In this document: piece after piece, positions 20,052 through 29,682 of the stretch
Layout: each line of letters begins with the position of its first letter
Position numbering within the stretch: the first letter of the stretch is position 1
Origin: a virus
Lineage: Duplodnaviria > Caudoviricetes
Reading direction: 5' to 3' (one strand)
IMG/VR virus record: IMGVR_UViG_3300037458_000922
Location: 1-62,732 of that record
DNA: 62,732 nt
Notes under the pieces: model-generated
What the model was told of the DNA's origin: nothing
The model's database searches: none
What the model saw: only the letters and a program-made list of their open reading frames with translations
Program-made: the position numbers and the translations under genes

Positions 20052-21598
20052 TGCTTGAACAGCGCCCTTTGATGTACCAAACCATGACTCCCTTTGTGGA
20101 GATGTTCATCAATGGTGTGGACATTCTCCGCAGTTCGGATGGTCGGCCAAAGCGCCTCGTGTCTTTCCAGCACACCGATGTGATGAACGGGAACGGGGAC
20201 TGGCAAATCGAGGTATTCGACCCAGATTACACGGGAGTGGAAGAACTTCTTCTAGCCATGGTTGCGAAGAAAGACCCCGCCGCAAAAGTGGAAGGGGAAG
20301 AGAACGAGGTAGCTTCCCCCGCTCTTTTTCGCTATGGGTATATCTCCCAGGATGGAAAAGTTATCTCTGCCCCCCAGAGCGGAGAGGAGTTTTTTGTTGG
20401 GCAGATTACACATTTCGTCCCTTCCTATCAGCCACATGGGACTTTCTTTACCGTCGTAGGGAAAACGATTTGGTCGGGAGACTGGGATTGGGCGGTTGAG
20501 AAACGGGCTTTCTACGAAACCAATATCTACGACATCATTAAACGGGTCTGTGACATCCAGGGTTGGGTGTTTAAGCCTCTTGGGGAGCCGGAGGACGCTG
20601 AAGAACTTCCGGAAGGGAAACGCCCAGCAGTTCTCCTAGAGCCCCAACAGGGAGTCGATGACACGGAGGAACGACCAAGGAGTTTCCGTGTTCAAGACAA
20701 AGAAGGGCCATACGAGTTCGTAAAAAGGCTATGCTCTGAGGCTCGTACAACCGACCCTAAGTACCAGGGGTTCAGTTGCAAATTAGAATATCGGGCAGAC
20801 GGCTCTAGGACAGACACAGGAGTATCCCCAACAAAAGTAACCGGGTATCTGTACTTTGGACCGTCAGATGTCCTTGCCTCCCCTGTAAGAAAATATGTCT
20901 ACATGCGGGACCCGAAATCGGATATCCTTTCTTTCTCCCCATCGATTTCTGTTGCGGTTGCAGTAAGAACCGGGGCGGCAGGGGCGTATGTAAAGACAGA
21001 CGATCCTTTGAGAGGAGAGACTTCTTTCCACGCCTATACAGAACTTGACCGGCATATGAAGTACTTCACTAACCGGAGGCTGAAATCCGGTATGACGCTT
21101 GCGGAGCTAGGAAACATACAAGAAGGTGAGCCTGAGGAAGAGTTACCCGAGCCCAAGTATGAAGGGGCCGCAACCGGGCCGACACAGCTTGCCCCGCAAA
21201 GGAAGCCGGAGCCGGATGCCGCACAAGTGGAGATCTCTTCTCACGTAACAAACCGGTTTTTGACAGACCACCAGTATATGAATGTCTGGTTACACGCCCA
21301 GAACTTCGTTAATGAGGCCACCTTAGAGATTGTCGGAGATCCTTATTTGACTCCTCCGAATTTGATTGCCGTCTATATGTTCATCCCCGTGGAGGACAAC
21401 GAGTTTCGTGTACATTGGACCTCCAGTATTTGGAAGATAACAGGGGTAAGCCATAATATATCTTCCGGGACATACATCACACTTTTAGAGCTTGTTCGTA
21501 ACGGGTATAATGTGGAAGGCGGGATTACAACTTTGGCCTTGTACAATACCCTAGCGGACACCATGGACAAAGACGCCCTTGAGAAGTTAGGGGCGTAG
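20051..21598 (+). CDS. baseplate hub protein (gp27/late-control-D-like)
   Basis: C-terminal ATLEIVGDP.L.P ... W.ITGVSHNI..G.Y.T.LELVR; lies between LysM and spike genes. Confidence 0.75.
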   Translation: MLEQRPLMYQTMTPFVEMFINGVDILRSSDGRPKRLVSFQHTDVMNGNGDWQIEVFDPDYTGVEELLLAMVAKKDPAAKVEGEENEVASPALFRYGYISQDGKVISAPQSGEEFFVGQITHFVPSYQPHGTFFTVVGKTIWSGDWDWAVEKRAFYETNIYDIIKRVCDIQGWVFKPLGEPEDAEELPEGKRPAVLLEPQQGVDDTEERPRSFRVQDKEGPYEFVKRLCSEARTTDPKYQGFSCKLEYRADGSRTDTGVSPTKVTGYLYFGPSDVLASPVRKYVYMRDPKSDILSFSPSISVAVAVRTGAAGAYVKTDDPLRGETSFHAYTELDRHMKYFTNRRLKSGMTLAELGNIQEGEPEEELPEPKYEGAATGPTQLAPQRKPEPDAAQVEISSHVTNRFLTDHQYMNVWLHAQNFVNEATLEIVGDPYLTPPNLIAVYMFIPVEDNEFRVHWTSSIWKITGVSHNISSGTYITLLELVRNGYNVEGGITTLALYNTLADTMDKDALEKLGA

Positions 21599-21600
21599 CC

Positions 21601-22884
21601 ATGGAAAAAAGTCTTTTCCGTCGTGAATTGAAGAGGTTATCTGGACAGCAGATGACCGATTGGTTATTCCGGGAAGGGATGCACACCCCCCGGTTAGATA
21701 TCCGCCGAGGAGTGATCGAATACAACCGTGACCCACATTATCGAGGAAGGGTTCTGGTGCGGGTATTGGAAGACGGGCCTGAGATGAAAATCTCGGACCA
21801 GGATGTCTCCCGGACAGCAACTTTTGATTTGGCTTGGTGTGAGCCCCTGTTTCCCTTTGGGGGCGGGATGGGTTATGGTGCTTTCGTAGTTCCGCCCGTT
21901 GGTTCCCGGGTCTTTGTCCTGTACGAACGGGGGAATCCGGACCAGCCCCTTTACTTTGGTGGTTGGTACGCCAATTCCCCTCGGCAGCGTAGATACGGCG
22001 CTACTAAAACTACGCTTAAGCCGCCTAATACTCAGCACGAAGACGAGCCCGGGTATAACGAAAATGGGGAACCAGGAGGGGATTATCGTTACCCGCCTAA
22101 ACCTACCCCATACGGGGGGCACTGGGTTGAGGAACAAGGGCCAGAGATCCCGTTAGAGCTGTTCAACACGCTAGACCACACCCCGGATAACCAGCTCTTC
22201 TTCAAGACGCTAAAGGGGGCTGCTCTTCTCGTCCGAGAACGAGACGAAATTGAAGAGATGACGCTGATTGATCGCCTTGGGGCGGAGCTTAAGTTCGAAT
22301 CTGCTACGGAACTCCAAGAAGACGGGGTTACCCGGCGTAAGATGCAAACAGCCTCTTCCCTGCGCCCTATGGGCTTAGGGAGCCTGTATTCAGCCCGGCA
22401 TAAGACCTCGTTACTGACGCCAACAGGGGCCGGATTAGAGCTAGAATCCGGGCTATCTGGCAATGATTCGGCACTATTCCAAATTCATCCAGAAGCCCCA
22501 GGAGAGCGTAATAAGGAGCTGCAGACCACCCGTATGGCCGTTGAGCTGGACGAGGGAGAGCAGCGCCTTCGGGTACTGTATATCGAAGACGGCACTACCA
22601 TAGGGGAGATTACTTTCGATGCTGTCTCTAAGCGCATCGACATCCAAGGGCTGGAGCACATACGCCTTCAGACCGATTCTAGAATCGATTTAGAGGCCCC
22701 GGAGATTCGTATTAAGGGAGACGTAGAGATTGATGGGGAACTTCGGCATCGAGGCGGAGAACGCCTATTGTTTATTGACAACGATAACTCTCCGCACGAC
22801 TCTCCGATGCGGAATGCTTGGGCGACTCGCCCTCAAGATGTGTGGGGGGACTTTCCCGAAGATAGCTGGCACCGAGGTGAATAA
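21601..22884 (+). CDS. gp5: central spike protein with gp5/VgrG OB-fold, no lysozyme domain
   Basis: DP.YRGRV.VRV, AWCEP..P.GG..G.G.F.VPPVGSRV.V.YE.G.P..P.YFG; beta-strand C-terminus. Confidence 0.85.
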   Translation: MEKSLFRRELKRLSGQQMTDWLFREGMHTPRLDIRRGVIEYNRDPHYRGRVLVRVLEDGPEMKISDQDVSRTATFDLAWCEPLFPFGGGMGYGAFVVPPVGSRVFVLYERGNPDQPLYFGGWYANSPRQRRYGATKTTLKPPNTQHEDEPGYNENGEPGGDYRYPPKPTPYGGHWVEEQGPEIPLELFNTLDHTPDNQLFFKTLKGAALLVRERDEIEEMTLIDRLGAELKFESATELQEDGVTRRKMQTASSLRPMGLGSLYSARHKTSLLTPTGAGLELESGLSGNDSALFQIHPEAPGERNKELQTTRMAVELDEGEQRLRVLYIEDGTTIGEITFDAVSKRIDIQGLEHIRLQTDSRIDLEAPEIRIKGDVEIDGELRHRGGERLLFIDNDNSPHDSPMRNAWATRPQDVWGDFPEDSWHRGE

Positions 22885-25800
22885 TGGCTGACACTGATAT
22901 TCCGGAGACTTCTTATGGGCAGCAGCAGGATGCCAGGCTGGAGTTCACTACAGCAAAAGGCGACATCCGGGACTTGTATGCTTATTACCGTCTCTCGGAC
23001 CACGAGCTTACAAATATCACCCTAAAGGGTAAGGTCCATCAACGTGTTCCTGTCTGGTTTGAAGGACACATGAATTGGACATTTCGGAAGTGTACGTTCA
23101 AAGAATCCTTCTATTTTGGGGTAGAAGGGGACAAACTAACTGAAGACACACGAGGGACCGAAATAAACCCGGAACCTTTCCCGGAATATGGGCACAATGG
23201 TGTTAATTTTGAGCAGTGTTCTTTCGGAAAATCTTTCGAAATCCAAAACAATTGTAACGTTGTTTTTTATAACTGCTCCTTCGACCCGATCGAAGGTGAA
23301 CTCATTGTAACAATTAAAGATAGTTGTCGAGTTGAGTTCATCAATTGCTCCTTTAATTGTGCTCTTACTTTCGACGAATACTGTGATGTAAACTTCCGAA
23401 ATTGTACTTTTGAGTCATCTCAAAGCCATTTCATAAGAGCTACAAATCATTGTAAAATTATCGTCGATAAGTGTGACCTATCTACACCCCCGGAAGGCGT
23501 GTTTTTCGATATAGCTACAGACTGTTTTATGTCGGTATATGCTTGCGAAGATATCTCGTCTAATAACGACGTATTCGTAGTCAAAGACCAGAGTCATCTA
23601 AAAATAATTGATGTTGATTCCGTGTCATCCAGCCAGTCCTGTTTCATCTTGGAAGACAGTAAACTGGAGATTATGAATGCTGCGAGCCTGAGTAGCGAAA
23701 ACACGCTAATCACTAGCCTGCGATCAGAAATCCTCATCCGGGCTGTGTCGGCTATGCAAGCTATGCAGGATGTTATTTCGGCAGATAACTCAGTCCTCCG
23801 TTTGTCCGGTATCTCGAACATCCTTAGTTCGCAAAGCAATTGTTTCGCCTTAACAGAATCCAGGCTATATGGTAAGGATATCTCACAAGCGGCAGCATAC
23901 CGGGTCTGTTTCCTCGGTGAAGATTCTTCGTTAGAGCTGACCAACATCAGCACCCTGACCGGGAGAGACGGTGTATTTCATTTTTCTGGCGCGGGAGAGA
24001 TACACACCCGAGAAATCGGAACCATCTCAGCGGAACTAGGAGACGCCATTTCCTTAGCAGAGGGCTGTAAGCTATTCATACACACGCTGACCTCACTATC
24101 CGCTTCACAAGGGCAGGCCGTTGTAGCGCAGGACTCCGAGGTGCATATCCGAAATGCGGCCACCATGGAAGGCCGCCTAGGAGCGGTCAATGTAACTAGC
24201 TGCTTCCTCTCTCTTTATGAAATCGGCAACCTCACATCCGCCGAGGGGGGCGCTTGCATACAGATTACCGAAGGGTCTTACAGCCTCCGAGATATCACAG
24301 CAATTACAGGAGAAATGGGCGGTATTTTGGTCAATACCTCTCGTGGCGTAGTCGAAACCGTCGCAGAGATATCGAGCGCTTCTGGACCCGCTGTCGAGAT
24401 TGATACCTGTTCCGGCCCAACAGAATGGGAAAACATCTCTACAATCCGTAGCGATACTGCTGAAGCGCTTGTGGTTAATGGAGATGTTAACAAGCTTCAA
24501 TTCCATACGGTGTCTCAGATTCTGGGGAGTATTTCCTCGGGAATAGTGTGGGTCCAAACGGGAGGTGTAGCTTCGCTGTTTGACATCGACTATGTCTCCG
24601 CTGAAAAAGCAACTGGTGCTGATTTCTCCATCTCCGGGGACACAAGCGAGCTATACATTTCGAATATCGAAAATATCCTTTCCCAGGAGGGGGTTGCCCT
24701 GAATTTGACCGCCTCTGAGGGAAGCAAGGTACGCATCAAGGAACTTGGCTCATTGGAGAGCCAAGAAGGATCTCCTCTTGTTGTTAGTGCCAGCGGCCAA
24801 AGTACCGTAGCTATTTGGGGGATAGACGCGGAACTCCTGACGGAGGAGGCAACCGCTTGTCAACTCACTACGACAGACGAAGCCACGCTAACTCTACAGG
24901 AATTCCCCGGGGCAGTGTCCGAAAAGGGGACCGCGCTTATTATTAGCGCCCAAGGGGAGTCTTCCCTCGTCGTAAAGGATTTCGGAGACCTATCTTCCCA
25001 AGAGGGGGGCGCGGTAGATGCCACCGTTGGGGCAACTTCACGCGTGAAGATGCAAACAGCATCGAGCATTTCTTCTGAAGAAGGGACTGCGCTCACTGGA
25101 AGTGTACAGGGGGAATTCGTAGTCGATGATGTGCTTGCCATCAGCACACAAAAAGGACCTAAAGCTGTCGCAATTACTGGCTCTGGGGCGACTTCCGCCG
25201 TAGAACTGACTAGAGTTCCTAAGATATCTGGAGACGAGCCTTCCGAAGACCTCGTTAGTATCCTTGGAATTCATCGTGTTCTTCTTCAAGAAATCGACGA
25301 AATAACGGTACAGACTTCCGCCAAATATATTGTGTTTATTGAAGGCTCTTCTGCTGAAACCGGAGAAGTTAAGTTAATTGATGTCCTGGATGTGAATGGG
25401 GTTTGCCGTGGAGGCGTAGCTCTGCGGTATTACGGGGAAATTGTCTGGCATAATATTTCTGGGCCGGGTACGGTATCTTGTGAAGAGGGAGCTACTTACA
25501 GCGTCCTGCTATCTTACGCCCGAAAAGCTTTGATTAAAAATTTCTCTGAAATCGTTAACAAAGACGGTTCCATCGGCGGGGTATACGCTTACCAAGTTCA
25601 TGATATTTCCTTAGAGGACATTGATCTGATCGAAGGCAAGCGGGCGGTTAATTTTCTCCTCGGGGAAACCCGTTATCGCATCTTTAATTGCAAAGAGTTG
25701 TTGGCCCCAGAGTCTGGGGAACCGGCTTGCTCTTTAACCGGAAGAGCAATCATAGACATTAATGGTGGCGACGACCGGACAACGATTGAAGCTAAAGACG

Positions 25801-28181
25801 AGAACACGCAGGCCCTCTTCATAGAAGGTGCTATGGCGAGCGCCCCGGAAGCACGTCTTTACAGCATCACAGTTTCAGCGGATAAAGGACAGACCACCCT
25901 CAACCAGGTCACCTTAGACGCTCACGAGGTGGTCTTAAACGGATCTGTAACTAGTAGCTCCGCGTATGGACGGATGCTGAAGTGTGAGTTCAACTGTGGC
26001 CTAAATGTTGATAGTGGGGATCTCCGAATAGTGAGAAGCCCCATTAATCTTGGACAGAACTCGGGGCCGGATAAGACGCTTACGATCAATGATTCTATCG
26101 TCTTTCTCGATTTCCCAGAAATATCTGGCTCGGAAGGTGTCACTATTTCGGGGTCGATTATTGAGTTCGCCCACGCAGAAACACCTCTTACTGGTGCAGA
26201 AGAGTCTTGGAGCATCTACGATACTGTCTTCCGTGGGGATAAGGTCGCTTGGGGGAAAGACTTTCTCGCTCTCGACACCTCCGTTCTCCAGCTTACCAAG
26301 GTGGATATGCCGGACAACGATATCACCTTGGCTGGAGAGGACCAGATTATCGAGGGGCACCATGTCGCCATTGGGGCGCTTACTCTTGGAGAAGACAACA
26401 GCGGCTTTCTTAGCCACGCAGTATTCAGCGATGACATAACTGTTCAGGCCGGGGCTGTTCTTGTCCAGCTTGGGAAAGAGTACGCAAATAACATCTCTTT
26501 CGCACAGAAGGCTGTTGGTGTTCTAGCCGGGGTTTCGTCTGTAGATAACGGAGAGATCTCAACAGAGAGCGATGTCTCCCTCATGCTTCTGGGGTTGGAT
26601 GGTCTGGGTACTGATCTCGACATCGGGGCTTCCGCTGCCGTTATTGTGAACAGGGCGGTTCCTGGAGAGATTGACATCGCCAATAATGCTGCCTTCTTGG
26701 CTAATGGGTTGGAGCATGATGGTAGCCTGACCACGGAGGACGATGTAGCGCTTATCCTGAACAATTACCAATTGAACACGGGTAAGATGACCCTCGGCCC
26801 ACGCAGCGCCGGGGTATTTGTCGAGGCGTTCAGCTTACAAACCGAGATTCAACAAGACTCGGGAGCCATGATCGTTGGTTGTGACCTGCGGCAAGTAGAT
26901 ATCGATTTGAACGTTGGTATTTTGGCGGCAGATTGGGAGTGCAACGACGGGCATATAACTACGGGGATGGATACGGGGATCGTGGGGGCTAGAATGCGGC
27001 TCCCGGGAGAGTGGCGGCTCGGGCAGAATAACGGTTTCATATCTGCTTGTGGGAGTGGTACCTGGAACAGCTCAAACGCGGGTATCGGCGTCATTCTCGC
27101 CCGACATGACCGCGATCTCGACATAGGCGGCTCTGACATCGGTATTATCGGTGTGTCGTTGGACAATGACCTTGCTCTGTCTTCCGTCGAAAGCGGCGTT
27201 ATCATCGCTGGGGGTCGTGGAGAGTACAGTGGGATGGGTGCTATCGTCGGGGCAGATGTGGCGACGGTAGACAACGCAGCCACGGCCATTATTTCTTTGG
27301 GGGCAGAACTCACCGCAGACGATTTGGTTGGCGTTGGGGTGAGTTCGATAAATGACCATGATGCCGGGGTGGTCGTTGGCTCTGGTGGTTCCTGGGAGGC
27401 CACTGAAGGTTCGGTGATAGTCGGAGGGAGCTACACCACAGTAAGTACTCTACAAGGACTTCTCGCTGTGGGCGGGGCTGTTACTTCGCTGACGGGCGGA
27501 GTTAACACCGGGATCAATGTCACTGCGACAACCGTGTCTAGTGCAGTAACTGTTGGGAACTACGGGGGAATTCTTCGCACAGGCGGGATGGACACCTCTA
27601 CCTCTTCTGGAGGGACGGGAGCGGGTATCCTAGGCGCTGGCGGGAGGGTGTCTCAGCTTGTTGTTCCTCCTGGCGGCGGGGTTATAAAATCCGGGACGTA
27701 TCAATCTGGGGGAGGAACAGGATGGTCCGACACTGGAGGGGTTATATCCGCCGGGTTACCTCAGACAAGCGTTCCTATCAATTGTGGTGGTGTTTTTGCC
27801 ACAATGGGTTCTGGGGCGACGGGGATTGACGGTTACGGAGCCCGGATTGTCGCGGGAGGGTACGTGGGTAATACTGGTGTGGCTATTTGTGCAACTAGCG
27901 AGGAGGACTTCCATGCTATTAACGCTGGGGCCGGGAGCACGGGTATTTTGGCCTGTAGAAAATTCCTGCAGTTGTACAACTTCGGGGGGGCTACTGTTTC
28001 TTCTCAGTCCAACGGCTTAGTGACTGCCACTGGGGGGCTAGGAAGTGGTATTTACCTCGGGAAAGATATCTATGAGCCTTCTGTGGGCAATGCTCAGAAG
28101 CAGTCGCGAGCAGCAAAAACGGCCATTTATGACTACGCCCCGGAGATTCACCATAACTTCTATGAAGAGATCGAGCTGTAG
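22884..28181 (+). CDS. giant beta-helix/beta-solenoid virion protein
   Basis: 1765 aa; F..C.F ladders (FRKCTF, FEQCSF, FYNCSF, FINCSF, FRNCTF), roughly 22-25-aa periodic strands, Gly-rich C-terminal third. Confidence 0.7.
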   Translation: MADTDIPETSYGQQQDARLEFTTAKGDIRDLYAYYRLSDHELTNITLKGKVHQRVPVWFEGHMNWTFRKCTFKESFYFGVEGDKLTEDTRGTEINPEPFPEYGHNGVNFEQCSFGKSFEIQNNCNVVFYNCSFDPIEGELIVTIKDSCRVEFINCSFNCALTFDEYCDVNFRNCTFESSQSHFIRATNHCKIIVDKCDLSTPPEGVFFDIATDCFMSVYACEDISSNNDVFVVKDQSHLKIIDVDSVSSSQSCFILEDSKLEIMNAASLSSENTLITSLRSEILIRAVSAMQAMQDVISADNSVLRLSGISNILSSQSNCFALTESRLYGKDISQAAAYRVCFLGEDSSLELTNISTLTGRDGVFHFSGAGEIHTREIGTISAELGDAISLAEGCKLFIHTLTSLSASQGQAVVAQDSEVHIRNAATMEGRLGAVNVTSCFLSLYEIGNLTSAEGGACIQITEGSYSLRDITAITGEMGGILVNTSRGVVETVAEISSASGPAVEIDTCSGPTEWENISTIRSDTAEALVVNGDVNKLQFHTVSQILGSISSGIVWVQTGGVASLFDIDYVSAEKATGADFSISGDTSELYISNIENILSQEGVALNLTASEGSKVRIKELGSLESQEGSPLVVSASGQSTVAIWGIDAELLTEEATACQLTTTDEATLTLQEFPGAVSEKGTALIISAQGESSLVVKDFGDLSSQEGGAVDATVGATSRVKMQTASSISSEEGTALTGSVQGEFVVDDVLAISTQKGPKAVAITGSGATSAVELTRVPKISGDEPSEDLVSILGIHRVLLQEIDEITVQTSAKYIVFIEGSSAETGEVKLIDVLDVNGVCRGGVALRYYGEIVWHNISGPGTVSCEEGATYSVLLSYARKALIKNFSEIVNKDGSIGGVYAYQVHDISLEDIDLIEGKRAVNFLLGETRYRIFNCKELLAPESGEPACSLTGRAIIDINGGDDRTTIEAKDENTQALFIEGAMASAPEARLYSITVSADKGQTTLNQVTLDAHEVVLNGSVTSSSAYGRMLKCEFNCGLNVDSGDLRIVRSPINLGQNSGPDKTLTINDSIVFLDFPEISGSEGVTISGSIIEFAHAETPLTGAEESWSIYDTVFRGDKVAWGKDFLALDTSVLQLTKVDMPDNDITLAGEDQIIEGHHVAIGALTLGEDNSGFLSHAVFSDDITVQAGAVLVQLGKEYANNISFAQKAVGVLAGVSSVDNGEISTESDVSLMLLGLDGLGTDLDIGASAAVIVNRAVPGEIDIANNAAFLANGLEHDGSLTTEDDVALILNNYQLNTGKMTLGPRSAGVFVEAFSLQTEIQQDSGAMIVGCDLRQVDIDLNVGILAADWECNDGHITTGMDTGIVGARMRLPGEWRLGQNNGFISACGSGTWNSSNAGIGVILARHDRDLDIGGSDIGIIGVSLDNDLALSSVESGVIIAGGRGEYSGMGAIVGADVATVDNAATAIISLGAELTADDLVGVGVSSINDHDAGVVVGSGGSWEATEGSVIVGGSYTTVSTLQGLLAVGGAVTSLTGGVNTGINVTATTVSSAVTVGNYGGILRTGGMDTSTSSGGTGAGILGAGGRVSQLVVPPGGGVIKSGTYQSGGGTGWSDTGGVISAGLPQTSVPINCGGVFATMGSGATGIDGYGARIVAGGYVGNTGVAICATSEEDFHAINAGAGSTGILACRKFLQLYNFGGATVSSQSNGLVTATGGLGSGIYLGKDIYEPSVGNAQKQSRAAKTAIYDYAPEIHHNFYEEIEL

Positions 28182-28189
28182 GGGGTTGA

Positions 28190-28513
28190 ATGGGAATTCA
28201 TCCTTGGGGGCAGAATGGCACGTTAACTACTGTAGCAGACCCAATCAGGTACAGATTTAGTGGGTACGATGGGATCGACCCCCACACTTTTGTTGGTGGT
28301 TTTGCAACAGGAGGCCCTATAGAGGCCGCCGCAGTTGGGTCTAGAACAGAAGGACTAGCAGAAACCCTTACCGGGTCTTCGAATACGTTTATGGCCTGTA
28401 AGCCTGTTACAGGAGGACCCGGTGACGGTGGAGTAGTCACCACTCTTGATGATGCGTCTACGTTGACGGATACAGATGCATCGGAGCACACTTTTTTTGC
28501 GGAAGGGGACTAG
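28190..28513 (+). CDS. putative spike-tip protein (PAAR/gp5.4-like, divergent)
   Basis: 107 aa, Gly/Thr-rich; TGSSNTF...KP resembles the PAAR-type TGS.NVF..G.P; synteny. Confidence 0.45.
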   Translation: MGIHPWGQNGTLTTVADPIRYRFSGYDGIDPHTFVGGFATGGPIEAAAVGSRTEGLAETLTGSSNTFMACKPVTGGPGDGGVVTTLDDASTLTDTDASEHTFFAEGD

Positions 28514-28515
28514 TA

Positions 28516-29169
28516 ATGTTTTTGTATTCGCCTCAATTGCCTAACCTCAATATCCCCCACGAGTTTGTCCCGAGGTCTGTGCATAAAACTCCGGAGAACA
28601 ATTCGATCGCTGTGGATTTGTCTGTGATAGAGAACCTCCCTGTATTTCCTGCCCGGGCTCCGGCATTATCAGCCGTGATAACTGCTGCTTTTTTAAATTC
28701 TTCTTCACCGGGGGCAAAGCTTGTTCTCCCCGATCCACAAGAGATGTATGACGTGTTGGCAGCGAAAACGGGGCTTGCCAGCCCAATATACGATATTGTC
28801 TCGGAATTGAATCTACTGTCTGCCACACAATTCGTTTTACACCGTATCGCAAGTTGGAAGCAACTTCAGTTGGTTATAGCCGAGGGGCTTTCCCCGCTTG
28901 TAGGGCACACCGTTTACAGCAGTTTTATTCAGGCAGAACACACGGGTGTTGTCCCGATGCCGAAGCGCGGGGAGGGTTTATTAGGTGGCCACATAGTTAA
29001 TCTCGTTGAGTTTAACCCTGTGGATGACACACTTAAGGCCCTGAGCAATCTAGGGGGCGCGTTTGGGTATGAGGGCAAGTTGACTTATCGCGGTTCATTT
29101 ATCCGAAATCTGGCTATTTGTTGTGACTTTTTTGTGCTGGTACCGGGGAAAGTGATTTATGCCAATTAG
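28516..29169 (+). CDS. papain-like (C1A) fold protein, apparently catalytically dead
   Basis: VYSSF.....TGVVPMP..GE.LLGGH.V.LV and final DFFVL match bacterial C1A peptidases; no QG..GSC motif. Confidence 0.65.
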   Translation: MFLYSPQLPNLNIPHEFVPRSVHKTPENNSIAVDLSVIENLPVFPARAPALSAVITAAFLNSSSPGAKLVLPDPQEMYDVLAAKTGLASPIYDIVSELNLLSATQFVLHRIASWKQLQLVIAEGLSPLVGHTVYSSFIQAEHTGVVPMPKRGEGLLGGHIVNLVEFNPVDDTLKALSNLGGAFGYEGKLTYRGSFIRNLAICCDFFVLVPGKVIYAN

Positions 29170-29680
29170 TGACGAAGAACAACTGATTGCAAGATCTACT
29201 CTTGACGCGAATCTCCGGGAGATTATCGGGGAAGATATCGATTTTCCTTTTAGATTTACTGACGCTCGAAAGGTCGGGACAATTCCCCGGTCTAACGCTG
29301 GAGAGCGTATTAACGATGCGATCCATATCATTCTCTCAACACGAATTGGGGAGCGTCCTTTCAATCCAGAGTTCGGAAGTAGGCTTCCGGAGCTGGTGTT
29401 CGAGCCCAACGATGTAACTCTCCAGCGGCTTCTAGTTTTTTACACGTCTGATGCTCTGAAGCGCTGGGAGAAAAGAATTGAAGTAGTGTCTGTCACGATT
29501 ATCGAGGGGCTTAACCAAGACCGTAATGAGGTCGGGGTGCATATTGAGTATCGAATCAGGAACTCGCACATTCGGGGGAGTTATGTATATCCCTTCGTTC
29601 TTGAGGGAGACAGCACAGCTAACCTCTACACCGGAGTAGAGGCCGCTAGACTGGCTACCCGTGGTCAGATTTCGGAGTAG
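29159..29680 (+). CDS. gp25: baseplate wedge/sheath initiator (T4 gp25-like)
   Basis: ILSTRIGERPFNPEFGSRL.ELVFEP, AL.RWE.RI. Confidence 0.93.
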   Translation: MPISDEEQLIARSTLDANLREIIGEDIDFPFRFTDARKVGTIPRSNAGERINDAIHIILSTRIGERPFNPEFGSRLPELVFEPNDVTLQRLLVFYTSDALKRWEKRIEVVSVTIIEGLNQDRNEVGVHIEYRIRNSHIRGSYVYPFVLEGDSTANLYTGVEAARLATRGQISE

Positions 29681-29682
29681 AG

